Source: Candidatus Dormiibacterota bacterium
GTDB lineage: Bacteria; Chloroflexota; Dormibacteria; Aeolococcales; Bog-877
Reading direction: 5' to 3'
Length of the DNA: 64,000 bases
Assembly (NCBI GenBank): GCA_035534915.1
Contig: DATLQZ010000005.1
Coordinates: 6,123-70,122 of the forward strand
The position numbers were made by a program, and so were the translations under genes. Shown here piece by piece: positions 26,508 through 35,784 of the stretch. Each line of letters begins with the position of its first letter. Position 1 is the first letter of the stretch. The notes under the pieces were generated by a model. That model saw only the letters and a program-made list of their open reading frames with translations. It ran no database searches and had not been told where the DNA came from.

Positions 26508-28918
26508 GGGACCAGGGGGGCGGACTGATCTCCTCCGGTCTGGCCGCCTTTGAGGCGACCCTCCCTTTCTCACTCGACCCCTTTCAACGGCAGGCCATCT
26601 CGGCGCTGCATGACCACCGCGGAGTCCTGGTCAGCGCCCCGACCAGCAGCGGCAAGACGGTCGTCGCGGAGTGGGCGATCTGGGAATGCTTGGCTGACCC
26701 CTCCAGTGGCGCCAGGGTGCTCTACACATCCCCGTTAAAGGCGCTTTCCAACCAGAAGTACGGCGACCTGCTGCGACTCTACGGAGAGGATCGGGTAGGG
26801 CTGGTAACCGGGGAGACCTCGATCAACCCGGAGGCGCCAGTGGTCGTGATGACGACCGAGATCCTGCGCAACCTGATCTACGATGACCCCTCGTCACTGG
26901 CCTCTGTGCGGTGGGTCATCCTCGATGAGATCCACTACATTGACGAGTATCCGCGCGGGACGGTCTGGGAGGAGGTCATCATCCAGGCTCCGCAGCATAT
27001 TCGCTTCATCGGGCTGTCCGCGACCATCACCAACGTCGATGAGGTGGCGGCCTGGATGACCGAGCGCCGGGGGCAGATGGCGGTCGTTCTGAGGCGGGAC
27101 CGCCCCGTGCAGCTGCGCACCTGGCTGGGAGTGCGCAACCAACTGCTGCCGCTTCTCGACAGCCGAGGTCAGCTGGACCGAAACACACTCGAGGCAGCCC
27201 AGAAGGAGGCCGGAGGGGACCGTCGTTTCTACGGGAACCGCGCTGTCCTGGCAGCTGACAACGACCTCCTCCGCGTCTTGGAGGAGCTCCGATCCCAGGA
27301 GATGCTCCCCGCGATCTACTTCATCTTCTCCCGCAAGGGATGTCGGGAGGCGTTGGGACGGTGTGCGACCCACGCGATCGACCTCACCTCGTTGGAGGAA
27401 AAGTTCGCCATCGACGAGGTGCTCACGGAGCGACTCGCTGCGGTCGACGACCCCGAGGAGGCAGCCGTCTACAGCAGCTCCCTCAACATGGGGATGCTCA
27501 GAGCCGGAGTCGCAGTTCATCACGCCGGGCTGCTGCCATATGTCAAGGAGACCGTCGAAGATCTATTTCAGTCGGGTCTGCTCAAGGTGGTGTTCGCCAC
27601 CGAGACGCTGGCTCTGGGACTGAACATGCCGGCCCGCGCCTGCGTCATCTCCACCTTCACCAAATTCGACGGACAGGGGTTCGCCCCGCTGCGCTCGGGA
27701 CAACTGACCCAGCTGCTGGGGCGGGCCGGCCGCCGCGGCATCGACACCATCGGGCACGGCATCATCCTTCGGGATCCCGAAGTGGACCTCGGCGTGATCT
27801 GCGAGACGCTGCTGGGCAACGACATGGCGGTGGAGTCGAAGTTCGCCCCCACCTACAACATGACCCTCAACCTCCTTCGCCGCCACACCCCGGAAGAGTC
27901 AGAGGATCTCCTGGAACAATCCTTCGGTCAGCACCAGCGGCTGGAGGCGCTCGACAACTTCCGCCTCCGACGCCCGAACATGGAGGCCCGCCTGGCAGAT
28001 CTTCAAAGGAGAAGCTTCCACCACCCTACGGTGCGCTGCAGCGAGCGCACCCTGAGCCAGTTTCTGGGTGCTCGCCAGAGCCTGGACACCGCCAGAGGTG
28101 AGGCGCGCCAGCTGCGACGCCAGCACTTCCGGGACCGGCGCCAGGGGAGGTTCGGATCCGACTCGAGAGACCCCGGAGGTCGGCTGGAGCGGGTGCGCAG
28201 GACCATTCACGAGGCGGAACGACAGGTGGCTCAGTCTCCTTGCCGGCATTGCCCGTTGCTGGGAGAGCACTCAGCGGCGCGGGCGGAGGTGAGGGAGCTG
28301 GAGCTCTCGCTGCGTGACGCAGAGGAGCTGGCGAGAAGTCGCGAGCATGAGTACCGTGACCAGCTCCGCGCCTACCGTCATGTCCTGGGCACTCTGGGGC
28401 ACCTACAGGGAGACCACCCCACCCGGCTGGGCATGCTGGCGGCCAACGTCTATGGCGAGAACACCCTGCTGGTGGCCCAGGCTGTTGCTGAGGGATGGCT
28501 CTCCGGACTTGCCCCGGAGGAGATCTGTGCGGTCCTGGTGATGCTCGCGGCGGACGACCGCAACTCCGGACGACCCGGCCCGCGGCGGCGTATGCCCACC
28601 AAGCGGGTGGATCAGCTGGCGCGACGGCTGCACCAGTCCCAACGTGAGCTGCGCCAGCTGGAGGAGCAATGGGGGATTTCGGAGAGCCGCCCGCCATCTG
28701 TCGACTACGTCGAGTACGTGTACAACTGGAGTCGCGGAGTCCCGCTCACCGAGCTCCAAGCGCCGCCGGGCGTGGACTCGGGCGATGCGCTGAGAGCCAC
28801 CAAGTCCTGCTATGCGCTCAGCCGCCAGCTGGAGCAGGGGCTGGCTGGGTGGGAGCTGCTGGGGCCGGTGCGAAGGGCACGCGAGAGCCTGGAGCGAGAC
28901 CTGATCCGCCGACTCTGA
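26504..28918 (+). CDS. Ski2-like DEAD/DEAH-box helicase (HelY-type)
   Basis: Motif I APTSSGKT, motif II LDEIHY, motif III LSATI, HHAGL, and a DSHCT-like C-terminus (YVYNWSRGVPL). A GTG at 26504 overlaps the lgt stop (GTGA). The upstream part of the 970-aa track ORF lies inside lgt and is discarded. Confidence 0.9.
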   Translation: MRDQGGGLISSGLAAFEATLPFSLDPFQRQAISALHDHRGVLVSAPTSSGKTVVAEWAIWECLADPSSGARVLYTSPLKALSNQKYGDLLRLYGEDRVGLVTGETSINPEAPVVVMTTEILRNLIYDDPSSLASVRWVILDEIHYIDEYPRGTVWEEVIIQAPQHIRFIGLSATITNVDEVAAWMTERRGQMAVVLRRDRPVQLRTWLGVRNQLLPLLDSRGQLDRNTLEAAQKEAGGDRRFYGNRAVLAADNDLLRVLEELRSQEMLPAIYFIFSRKGCREALGRCATHAIDLTSLEEKFAIDEVLTERLAAVDDPEEAAVYSSSLNMGMLRAGVAVHHAGLLPYVKETVEDLFQSGLLKVVFATETLALGLNMPARACVISTFTKFDGQGFAPLRSGQLTQLLGRAGRRGIDTIGHGIILRDPEVDLGVICETLLGNDMAVESKFAPTYNMTLNLLRRHTPEESEDLLEQSFGQHQRLEALDNFRLRRPNMEARLADLQRRSFHHPTVRCSERTLSQFLGARQSLDTARGEARQLRRQHFRDRRQGRFGSDSRDPGGRLERVRRTIHEAERQVAQSPCRHCPLLGEHSAARAEVRELELSLRDAEELARSREHEYRDQLRAYRHVLGTLGHLQGDHPTRLGMLAANVYGENTLLVAQAVAEGWLSGLAPEEICAVLVMLAADDRNSGRPGPRRRMPTKRVDQLARRLHQSQRELRQLEEQWGISESRPPSVDYVEYVYNWSRGVPLTELQAPPGVDSGDALRATKSCYALSRQLEQGLAGWELLGPVRRARESLERDLIRRL

Positions 28919-29068
28919 GCCGCCGATGAGCGCTCAGGACGACCCCGGCGGAAGGGGGCTGCCACCGGAGCGGGTCCACGGGCGGCGCGCGTTGTCGCAG
29001 GGACTGATCTACGATTCATGTGCCCGGCGCATCCCGCGATCGGGTGACGCAAAAGGAGGAGAGCAACC

Positions 29069-29842
29069 TTGTCCGACAGCCTGGTCCACTGGCACATCGA
29101 AGGGCGCACCAGCAAGGTGACCCTTGACTCTCCCGACAACCGCAACGCCTTGTCGGGTGCCCTGCTGGAGCAGTTGCTCACCGCCCTGCAGAGGGCTGGA
29201 GCCGATGCCGTCACCCGTGTGATCTGGCTAGGGCACACCGGGGATGTCTTCTGCTCGGGTGCGGATTTGAAGGAACAGCTGCAGACCTTTCGGCAGACCG
29301 GGGCAAGCCCCGGGGCCGGTGGGCTGGTCCCCATCCTGGAGGAGTTACGGAACAGCCCCAAACCGGTCGTGGCCGAGGTTCGCGGAGCCGTTCGCGGCGG
29401 CGGGATGGGGCTCGTCGCAGCCAGCGACATCGTGATCGCCTCGGAGAGCTCGACCTTCGGTTTCAGCGAGGCCCGTGTCGGCGTGGTGCCGGCGGTCATA
29501 GCGGTGCCGGTCCTGGAGCGAATCGGCCGTGCGGCGGCTCTGGAACTCTTCCTCACGGGACGCCCTTTCTCATCGGCAGAGGCACTTCGCGCCGGGCTGC
29601 TGACAAGAGTTGTGCCTTCAGAACAGGTGGAACGGGAGATGGCGACGGTGTTGGCAGAGCTGCTCAAGGCCGCTCCTGGTGCTCAGGCCCAAATCAAGCG
29701 GCTTATCTCCCGCGTCCCGGGCCTCGCTCCTGAGATCGCCTACAGTGAGATGGTGTCGCTTTCGCAGCGGCTCTTCTCCGGCCCAGAGGGCCAGGAAGGG
29801 ATGGCCGCCTTCCGAGAGCGCAGGCCTCCAGACTGGGCGTAG
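29069..29842 (+). CDS. enoyl-CoA hydratase/isomerase family protein
   Basis: Crotonase fold motifs NRNALS, FCSGADLKE, GAVRGGGMGLV and AFRERR. A strong AAGGAGGAG SD lies upstream of the TTG start. Confidence 0.9.
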   Translation: MSDSLVHWHIEGRTSKVTLDSPDNRNALSGALLEQLLTALQRAGADAVTRVIWLGHTGDVFCSGADLKEQLQTFRQTGASPGAGGLVPILEELRNSPKPVVAEVRGAVRGGGMGLVAASDIVIASESSTFGFSEARVGVVPAVIAVPVLERIGRAAALELFLTGRPFSSAEALRAGLLTRVVPSEQVEREMATVLAELLKAAPGAQAQIKRLISRVPGLAPEIAYSEMVSLSQRLFSGPEGQEGMAAFRERRPPDWA

Positions 29843-30098
29843 CTTTCCCCCTTTCGCAGTTTGGGTGGCCGCCACTACTCCCCGATGGACCCCTGTAGAG
29901 GGCCCCAGAACTCCACCTACCCGCTGCCGGGGTAGACCCCGCTAAAGCTGCTGCCAGGTCACGCTACGAGCGGAGTCTCCGCACCGTGCCGGTGCGCTGG
30001 CCCACCCCGCCCGCTTTCTGGACGCCGTTGTCCCCACCGAGGAGCCTTCAGGGCAAGACGACCTGACTCCGGACGTGCCCGCACGCGCAGGTCGAACG

Positions 30099-30581
30099 TC
30101 AGCCGCGCAGGGCCAGCCGCTGCTCGGAGGCCGCGAACACCGCGGCGGCGAGCCCGAACACCCCGACATCGCGAGCGACGATGTCGGACAAGCCACCGGT
30201 GAACGTCAGCGAGAGGACGATCTCCAAAAGCAGCAGGGCGCTGAACGCGGCTGCCGCCCTGGTCATGACGCCCAGCACGAGTGCCACCCCGAGCACGCTG
30301 AGAACCCAACCGTGAAAGAGAACCAAACCCAACGCCAGATGTGAGGTCTGGCTGATGACCGGCACGTATCCCGTCCAGAGGCTGGGCTGGATGAGCTCAT
30401 GCACCCCAAACCAGAGCAGCACCAGACCGAGAGTCACCCGCGCCAGCGTTGGCGCCCAGAGCTGGACGACATCCGCTGTGCCACCGCCGACCATCGGCAC
30501 GGCCACCGCCTCACGCGGAACGACGACCGGTCCCTCGGCCGCCCGGGCGGCCATGCGATTCAGACGGTTTTTTCTGGCCAT
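30099..30581 (-). CDS. DoxX-like membrane protein
   Basis: 160-aa ORF with 4 TM segments. RVTLGLVLLWFGVHEL resembles the DoxX family. Confidence 0.6.
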   Translation of the reverse strand: MARKNRLNRMAARAAEGPVVVPREAVAVPMVGGGTADVVQLWAPTLARVTLGLVLLWFGVHELIQPSLWTGYVPVISQTSHLALGLVLFHGWVLSVLGVALVLGVMTRAAAAFSALLLLEIVLSLTFTGGLSDIVARDVGVFGLAAAVFAASEQRLALRG

Positions 30582-30583
30582 CC

Positions 30584-31162
30584 CTAGCCCACCACGTGAC
30601 CGGACGGGTCGGTAACGATTAGGCCGTCGTCCCCAAAGTTGTACTCCGCATTGCCGGAGTCATCGCCAAGGTTGGCCTCGACAAAGTAGATGTGATCGTT
30701 GGAGGGGTAGGTCTTACTGATGGGCGCCTGCCCACCTCCGGAGATGTACAGGGTGAAGTTCACCGAGCTGCCCGCCGGGGTCGCCTTGAAGGAGAAACCG
30801 GCCAATGCCTGACGGGCAGTAGAGCTCGGAGTCCCGGGGTATAGCTGGTAGGTATACGAGGCGTACGAGGTGGACGACAGCAGGGGGCCCGGTGTTGCGG
30901 AGCCGCTCGGCGACGCTGAGGGTGAAGCTGACGGCGAAGGGGAGCCCTTCGAAGAAGGGGTCGGAGACTGGCTTGCACTCGGCGCCACCCCCGAGCCATG
31001 ACCGCCGCCCAAACCACCGGTGCCCGCGACCCCCAAGGAGCCTGGGTTGGCGTAGCCATGGACGGCCAGAACCGCCGCCGCCATTGCCGCCACCGACATC
31101 GCGGCCGCGCCTCTACGGCCGACAGATTCGCCAGCTATCCGCATTTTGGATCTCCCGAACAC
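30584..31162 (-). CDS. hypothetical membrane-anchored/secreted protein with Ser/Pro-rich linker
   Basis: 192-aa ORF. N-terminal hydrophobic anchor, SPTPSSKGSPSPSASPSASPSGS linker, C-terminal beta-rich domain. Confidence 0.6.
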   Translation of the reverse strand: MFGRSKMRIAGESVGRRGAAAMSVAAMAAAVLAVHGYANPGSLGVAGTGGLGGGHGSGVAPSASQSPTPSSKGSPSPSASPSASPSGSATPGPLLSSTSYASYTYQLYPGTPSSTARQALAGFSFKATPAGSSVNFTLYISGGGQAPISKTYPSNDHIYFVEANLGDDSGNAEYNFGDDGLIVTDPSGHVVG

Positions 31163-31238
31163 GCTCCCCGCCCCAACATGGTACTGGAGAGAGGGGAAAG
31201 CGGAGTCAGGTCAGGGACCGGTCGCTACCCATCTGCGG

Positions 31239-32447
31239 TCAAGAGTTGACCTCGATGACCGGCAGATGGTGATGCTGCTGCAGGTAGCTCCTCACGGCTA
31301 AGAGCGCAGCCACCCCCTCCCCAACTGCGGACGCCAGCTGCTTGGTCGAGCGAGCCCTGACATCGCCAGCCGCGAAGACCGCCGGCGTGGAGGTGGCAAA
31401 GGAGTCGTTGGTCTCGACGAAGCCCCAGCGGTCCACCTTGGCTAGCCCCTTCAGGAGCTGGGAGTTGGGGTCGAGCCCGATGAAAATGAAGGCGGCCGCG
31501 GGGTGCCATGAGCTCTCCTCGCCGGTTGCCCGGTTGAGGGCGACCACCTCTTCCAGCCGCTTGGTTCCCCGTAGCTCCTTGACAACCGTGTCGGTGTGAA
31601 TCTCGAACCTGGGATCTGCCCTGACCTTGTCCTGGAGGAGCCGAGATGCTGTCAGCTCCAGGGCATCCTGGACGATCCGAATCCGCTTGGCGAACTTCGC
31701 CAGGAACATCCCCTCCTCGACCCCTGCGTTGCCCCCGCCAATGACCAGAAGCTCCTCGGACCCGCGATAGAACGGCCCATCGCAGGTGGCGCAAAAGTGC
31801 ACGCCAGCGCCGATCAACTCCTCCTCTCCCGGAACCCCGAGGCGCCGGTAGGTGGACCCGGTGCAGCAGAGCACCGCATGGGACCTGATCTGCTGGCCGG
31901 TACCCAGGGTGACCTCTACGTCACCGCCCTCCGTTCGCAACTCGGAGACACTGGCCCCAGCCACCAGCTCTACCTCGTAGCGGCGAGCCTGGCGGACGAA
32001 CCGGTCCATCAACTCCGCCCCCCCGATCCCCTCAGGAAAACCCGGATAGTTGTCGATCCGTTCGGTGACACCGGCGTTGCCACCCAGTCCACCGGAATCA
32101 ACTACCACCACCGCTATGCCCTCGCGGGCGGCGTAAATCGCAGCCGCCAGCCCGGCCGGCCCACCACCGATGACCACCAGGTCGTAAAAGGAACGCTCAG
32201 CGGCAACCTTGATGCCCAGCTTGGATGCCAGCTCCTCATCGGAGGGCTCAAGCAGATGACTACCGTCCTCAAAGGTGATGGTTGGGATCGCCCTGCCCCC
32301 GCCCTGGAGTTGCTCGACGAAGGCGAGTCCCTCGTGGTCCTGGTCGATGTCGATCCAGTTGAACGGTACCCGATGAGTGGCAAGAAAGGCCTTGCTGCGT
32401 CGGCAATCCGGGCACCATGGCGCCCCGTAAACGGTGACTCCGGACAT
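31239..32447 (-). CDS. glutaredoxin-like domain fused to thioredoxin-disulfide reductase
   Basis: N-terminal VTVYGAPWCPDCRRSKAFL (CxxC thioredoxin fold), then VVIGGGPAGLAAAIYAARE, the redox-active CATCDG, and GDV. ATG 32447 has a GGGGAG SD; the track ORF starts at 32525. Confidence 0.85.
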   Translation of the reverse strand: MSGVTVYGAPWCPDCRRSKAFLATHRVPFNWIDIDQDHEGLAFVEQLQGGGRAIPTITFEDGSHLLEPSDEELASKLGIKVAAERSFYDLVVIGGGPAGLAAAIYAAREGIAVVVVDSGGLGGNAGVTERIDNYPGFPEGIGGAELMDRFVRQARRYEVELVAGASVSELRTEGGDVEVTLGTGQQIRSHAVLCCTGSTYRRLGVPGEEELIGAGVHFCATCDGPFYRGSEELLVIGGGNAGVEEGMFLAKFAKRIRIVQDALELTASRLLQDKVRADPRFEIHTDTVVKELRGTKRLEEVVALNRATGEESSWHPAAAFIFIGLDPNSQLLKGLAKVDRWGFVETNDSFATSTPAVFAAGDVRARSTKQLASAVGEGVAALLAVRSYLQQHHHLPVIEVNS

Positions 32448-32542
32448 CTCCGCTCCCCCTTCGTTAATCCCGAGCCGGTCACCATGACCGTCGCTACCGG
32501 TGCCGGGCTGCTCTGTGGCCCGCATCAGAACCGACGGAGCAC

Positions 32543-32848
32543 CTAGTCAACTGGGGCGACCTGGGGGAGCATACCGCCAACGGCGCCACATCGAATGGAT
32601 GCAATTGGGCTACTTTCCGTAGCCGAGCGGGCCGCCGCTTCACCCGTCGGCGCTGGCGATCTCTCTAACCAATGTTCAGCTTCGGTGCTTAGGCTGTTGT
32701 CGTGGTAGTGGTCATTAGAGGTGAGGGCAAAGGGACCCGAAAATAGATGCGTGAGCGCCACCCCAACCTGGTAGACGGAGAGCTTGGCGACGATCATTGC
32801 CAGCTGGCCCGCCGCGACCACCGTCGAGCGGAAGCTGAGACTCTCCAC
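32543..32848 (-). CDS. hypothetical small protein
   Basis: 101-aa ORF 25 nt downstream of the preceding gene. The first ~60 codons have high GC3. No recognisable motif. Confidence 0.3.
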   Translation of the reverse strand: MESLSFRSTVVAAGQLAMIVAKLSVYQVGVALTHLFSGPFALTSNDHYHDNSLSTEAEHWLERSPAPTGEAAARSATESSPIASIRCGAVGGMLPQVAPVD

Positions 32849-32872
32849 TTCCGACCGGAGTGAATCGGTCGG

Positions 32873-33421
32873 CTACCTCTCATCCGAGACCATGGACTCG
32901 GGCACTCCATTTATCTGGTATGGGAGATCGCTGATGTCGAAGTACCGGACCGGCTTGCGCATCCGCTTGGCGATTCCGACCTGAACTTTGAGCCCCAGGG
33001 AGAGGTCCCCGAATACCCACATCTCGTCACAGCGGGCGATGAGGTTGTTCATCGCCTCGCGCACCAGATCCTTCGGCACCGTGTGCAAGAGGTAGTAGTC
33101 GAAGAGCATGAAGGGGGTGACCGGTACTCGGCCGTCGTCAAGCACATACTTGGTCAGCTGCTGGCGCCAAAAGAAGTTGCGGTTGCTCATGGCGACATAC
33201 ACCAAGGGCTTCGGTCGGCGCAGCGTCCGCTCCGCCTGCTCCGCGGGGCTCGCCCTGGGTGTGGGCGTGAAAATGAGCTCGAGGATGTCGTCCGCGGAGC
33301 GCGACGCCATCACCTTGGGTGCGGTTCCGACCTCCCCCTCCTCGGCGCCTTGGGGATCGCTTGTAGAAGGACCGCCCAAGGGCTGGGAGCCATCGCCACG
33401 CGCACGCTGCTTTCCACCCAA
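32873..33421 (-). CDS. hypothetical protein (nucleoside 2-deoxyribosyltransferase-like pattern, tentative)
   Basis: 182-aa ORF 12 nt after the UDG stop. VYVAMS...GRVPVTPF...ARCDEMWVFGDLSLGLKVQVGIAKRMRKPVRYF resembles the Rossmann-like pattern of that superfamily. Confidence 0.5.
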   Translation of the reverse strand: MGGKQRARGDGSQPLGGPSTSDPQGAEEGEVGTAPKVMASRSADDILELIFTPTPRASPAEQAERTLRRPKPLVYVAMSNRNFFWRQQLTKYVLDDGRVPVTPFMLFDYYLLHTVPKDLVREAMNNLIARCDEMWVFGDLSLGLKVQVGIAKRMRKPVRYFDISDLPYQINGVPESMVSDER

Positions 33422-33433
33422 GATTTCCTGGGA

Positions 33434-34156
33434 TTATACGCAATCCAATGCTCCCACCTCGGGCCCCGCCAAAGTGCGAACCAGGTTCCCCAGACGCCCG
33501 AGCGCCGCCTTCAGCTGGGCTCTGTGGGCTGGCTGATTCAGCCAGCGACTGGCTCCCGACGGGTGCGGCAGAGGGAGGACCAGCGCTCGTCCCCACGGGG
33601 ACCCCTCCACCGGCGCGCCCGCTGTTTGCTCCTCTCCCCCCTCCCAGAAGACTCGACCCACCAGCTGATCCATGGGGCGACACCCTAGAAAGCGCGCGAT
33701 CGCGAGTTGGCCCACCGCGATCACAAGCCGCGGTCGGAGCAGCCGAAGCTGATCGTCGAGGTGGGGACGGCACAGTGCGACCTCTCTCGGGGAAGGCCGT
33801 CGGTCGCCCGACCCGGCGGTGGCGGAACCGGGGAAGCATTTGGTGATCGAGGTGATGTAGACAGCGTTTCGAGCAGCCACCTCGTCGCCGAGCCCGGCCT
33901 CCGACAGCCAGCGGAAGAGCTCTCGGCCAGCCCTTCCGCTGAAGGGCAACGCTGTCTGCTCCTCCAAGCGCCCGGGCGCCTGTCCGACCAGCACCACCCG
34001 GGAGACGACGGCGCCCGGCAGAACCGGACGCGCGGTCGGTATCAGGCCAATGTCCTGGCAACGCCGACAGTTACGAATCCGCTGGTGCAACTCCTCAAGC
34101 TGGGGCCCCGGCCCAGCGGTGGCGGCAGCGGCAGGAGCAACTTGAAACGGACACAC
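33434..34156 (-). CDS. uracil-DNA glycosylase superfamily protein
   Basis: CRRC...VLVGQAPG...PFSGRAG...ITKCFPG...HPSG are UDG family 4/5-type motifs. Confidence 0.8.
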   Translation of the reverse strand: MCPFQVAPAAAATAGPGPQLEELHQRIRNCRRCQDIGLIPTARPVLPGAVVSRVVLVGQAPGRLEEQTALPFSGRAGRELFRWLSEAGLGDEVAARNAVYITSITKCFPGSATAGSGDRRPSPREVALCRPHLDDQLRLLRPRLVIAVGQLAIARFLGCRPMDQLVGRVFWEGGEEQTAGAPVEGSPWGRALVLPLPHPSGASRWLNQPAHRAQLKAALGRLGNLVRTLAGPEVGALDCV

Positions 34157-34309
34157 CTAGTGCTATCCTAAGTCCGACCAAACCGTCCGCGGGACGGTCC
34201 CCGGCTACAGCAGGGCACCCAGATGCCTCAAGGCTCCGATCCCAGGCGCTGGCCAGACCAGCAGTCCCCAGATCCAGGTTCGCCAACGCAGCCCGGATGG
34301 TGGAGTTCG

Positions 34310-34570
34310 ATGTGGCAGGAGAGGCTGCCTCGGGAAGCTGGCGAGCCGGCTCCTGCACGAGCGTTCGGCTCCGTTGTCCACCGCTGGAGCCAACGCTTGA
34401 TGCTGTCACTGGTGCCGCTGCTGGTCGTCGCGGCCGTGGTGTTCGGGAGCTTTGGGTTTACGTTGGCTAGTGAATTGATGGCAGCGGCGATCCTGCTGAT
34501 CCTGGCCGGGGCTGCCCTGCAACCTGTCTGGCGACGCTCCCGCGAGCGCGCTGACAGTTGGTGGCGATGA
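34310..34570 (+). CDS. hypothetical small 2-TM membrane protein
   Basis: ATG 34310 is preceded by a GGTGGAG SD. Two hydrophobic helices (LVPLLVVAAVVFGSFGF and AAAILLILAGAAL). Confidence 0.4.
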   Translation: MWQERLPREAGEPAPARAFGSVVHRWSQRLMLSLVPLLVVAAVVFGSFGFTLASELMAAAILLILAGAALQPVWRRSRERADSWWR

Positions 34571-34872
34571 CCGGCAGGGGCGGCGTGACGAGTCGGCGTC
34601 GTTCGTTGCCCAGGGGCCTTCCGGAGTTGCCGGAGATCGCTGCCAAGGTGGCTACCGAGCTCCGTCGGCGAGCCGACGGACCGGGTATCGAGGGAGTTGT
34701 CGCCGATGGACTCCTGCGTCTACTCCACCACTCCGCTCATCTCATGACGGAATTCGGGAACACTCTCGAGCAGGCGATCACGCCCGAGCAGGCGCCGCGG
34801 GCGCGTAGGGCTGCCCCTCGAAAGTCAGCGGGTCGACCCTCCCGAGTGCACAAGCTCCGCCCGGAGGACTGA
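34567..34872 (+). CDS. hypothetical basic protein
   Basis: ATG overlaps the upstream stop (ATGA). 101 aa with an Arg-rich N- and C-terminus. No motif recognised. Confidence 0.35.
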   Translation: MTGRGGVTSRRRSLPRGLPELPEIAAKVATELRRRADGPGIEGVVADGLLRLLHHSAHLMTEFGNTLEQAITPEQAPRARRAAPRKSAGRPSRVHKLRPED

Positions 34873-34902
34873 CTCACCGGACCTCCGTCGTTTCCCGGGC
34901 GC

Positions 34903-35763
34903 TCAGCCCCAGGGGGAAGCCGGGGGGCGAGGGGGGGGAAGACCCTGCCTATCCTCACGCTCCGCCAGCCCTCGTCCGTAGCCTCGCTGGGAGGGATTGG
35001 GGACGAGGTCAAACAGGCGGTAGCTCTCGGCCAGCTCCAACCCCGCCTGAGACCCAGCTTTCCGAGCCCCGTTCCACATCCCTTCGCGCATCTCAGAGGC
35101 ATCGAACTGGCTGCGGTGCTCGCCGAGCGCCGCGAGCTGGTTCTCTATGTCAACAGCCAAGACCGGCACCGCCACGTCGGCTGCCTGACTTGAACCGACC
35201 AGGACAAATCTGGTCTTGTGGGGCTGCAGCCCCTCCTCGCGCGCCAGCTCCGGAAAGGCTCTGACATCTCGCGCGCTGGGGAACACCGCGTCCAAGCACG
35301 CGTCGGCGGCGGCCCTGTGGTCCGGGTGATTGATGTATCCCCTGCCGAAGAATCTGCTGGTAGGGTCCATCGTGACTACCAGCTCAGGCCGAAACCGCCG
35401 CAGAACTCGAACCAGGTCCCGGCGAACCTCCAGGGTGTTCTGGAGCATCCCGTCCGGGTAGCCGAGGCAGATCACCTCAGTCACGCCGAGGTGATCTGCC
35501 GCCAGCCGCTGCTCCGTCAGCCTGATCTTGCTCAGCGCCCCGGGCGGCACGTCGGGATCATCGCCGCCGGCGTCGCCGTCGGTGACAAGGCAGATCGCCC
35601 CGCGCGTTCCCTGGCTGACCCAGGCCGACATGACCGCCGCCGCTAGAAAGTCGCAGTCATCGGGGTGTGCCACCACCACCAGCGCGGACTCAGGCACGTA
35701 GTCGAACACTTCCAGCCTCGCTGGATTGCCATCGGACGGTGGGTTGGTGTCGTCATCACTCAT
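34903..35763 (-). CDS. PIG-L/LmbE family deacetylase
   Basis: VVAHPDDCDF...TDGDAGG...INHPDH are LmbE-like zinc deacetylase motifs. Confidence 0.85.
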   Translation of the reverse strand: MSDDDTNPPSDGNPARLEVFDYVPESALVVVAHPDDCDFLAAAVMSAWVSQGTRGAICLVTDGDAGGDDPDVPPGALSKIRLTEQRLAADHLGVTEVICLGYPDGMLQNTLEVRRDLVRVLRRFRPELVVTMDPTSRFFGRGYINHPDHRAAADACLDAVFPSARDVRAFPELAREEGLQPHKTRFVLVGSSQAADVAVPVLAVDIENQLAALGEHRSQFDASEMREGMWNGARKAGSQAGLELAESYRLFDLVPNPSQRGYGRGLAEREDRQGLPPPRPPASPWG

Positions 35764-35784
35764 GCACTTGCTATCCTCCCAGGG

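Noticed and set aside
26504-28918. Large helicase as a possible defence-system component.
   Set aside because: Its Ski2/HelY-type motifs and DSHCT-like C-terminus, translational coupling to lgt, and housekeeping neighbours argue for the conserved RNA helicase. No nuclease, methylase or other defence partners are adjacent.
30880-30960. Short tandem periodicity (SPSASPSASPS coding repeats). Similar Pro/Ser/Thr tracts occur at 58320-58440.
   Set aside because: These are in-frame low-complexity linkers of secreted proteins, not CRISPR or satellite arrays. No repeat-spacer structure exists anywhere in the window.
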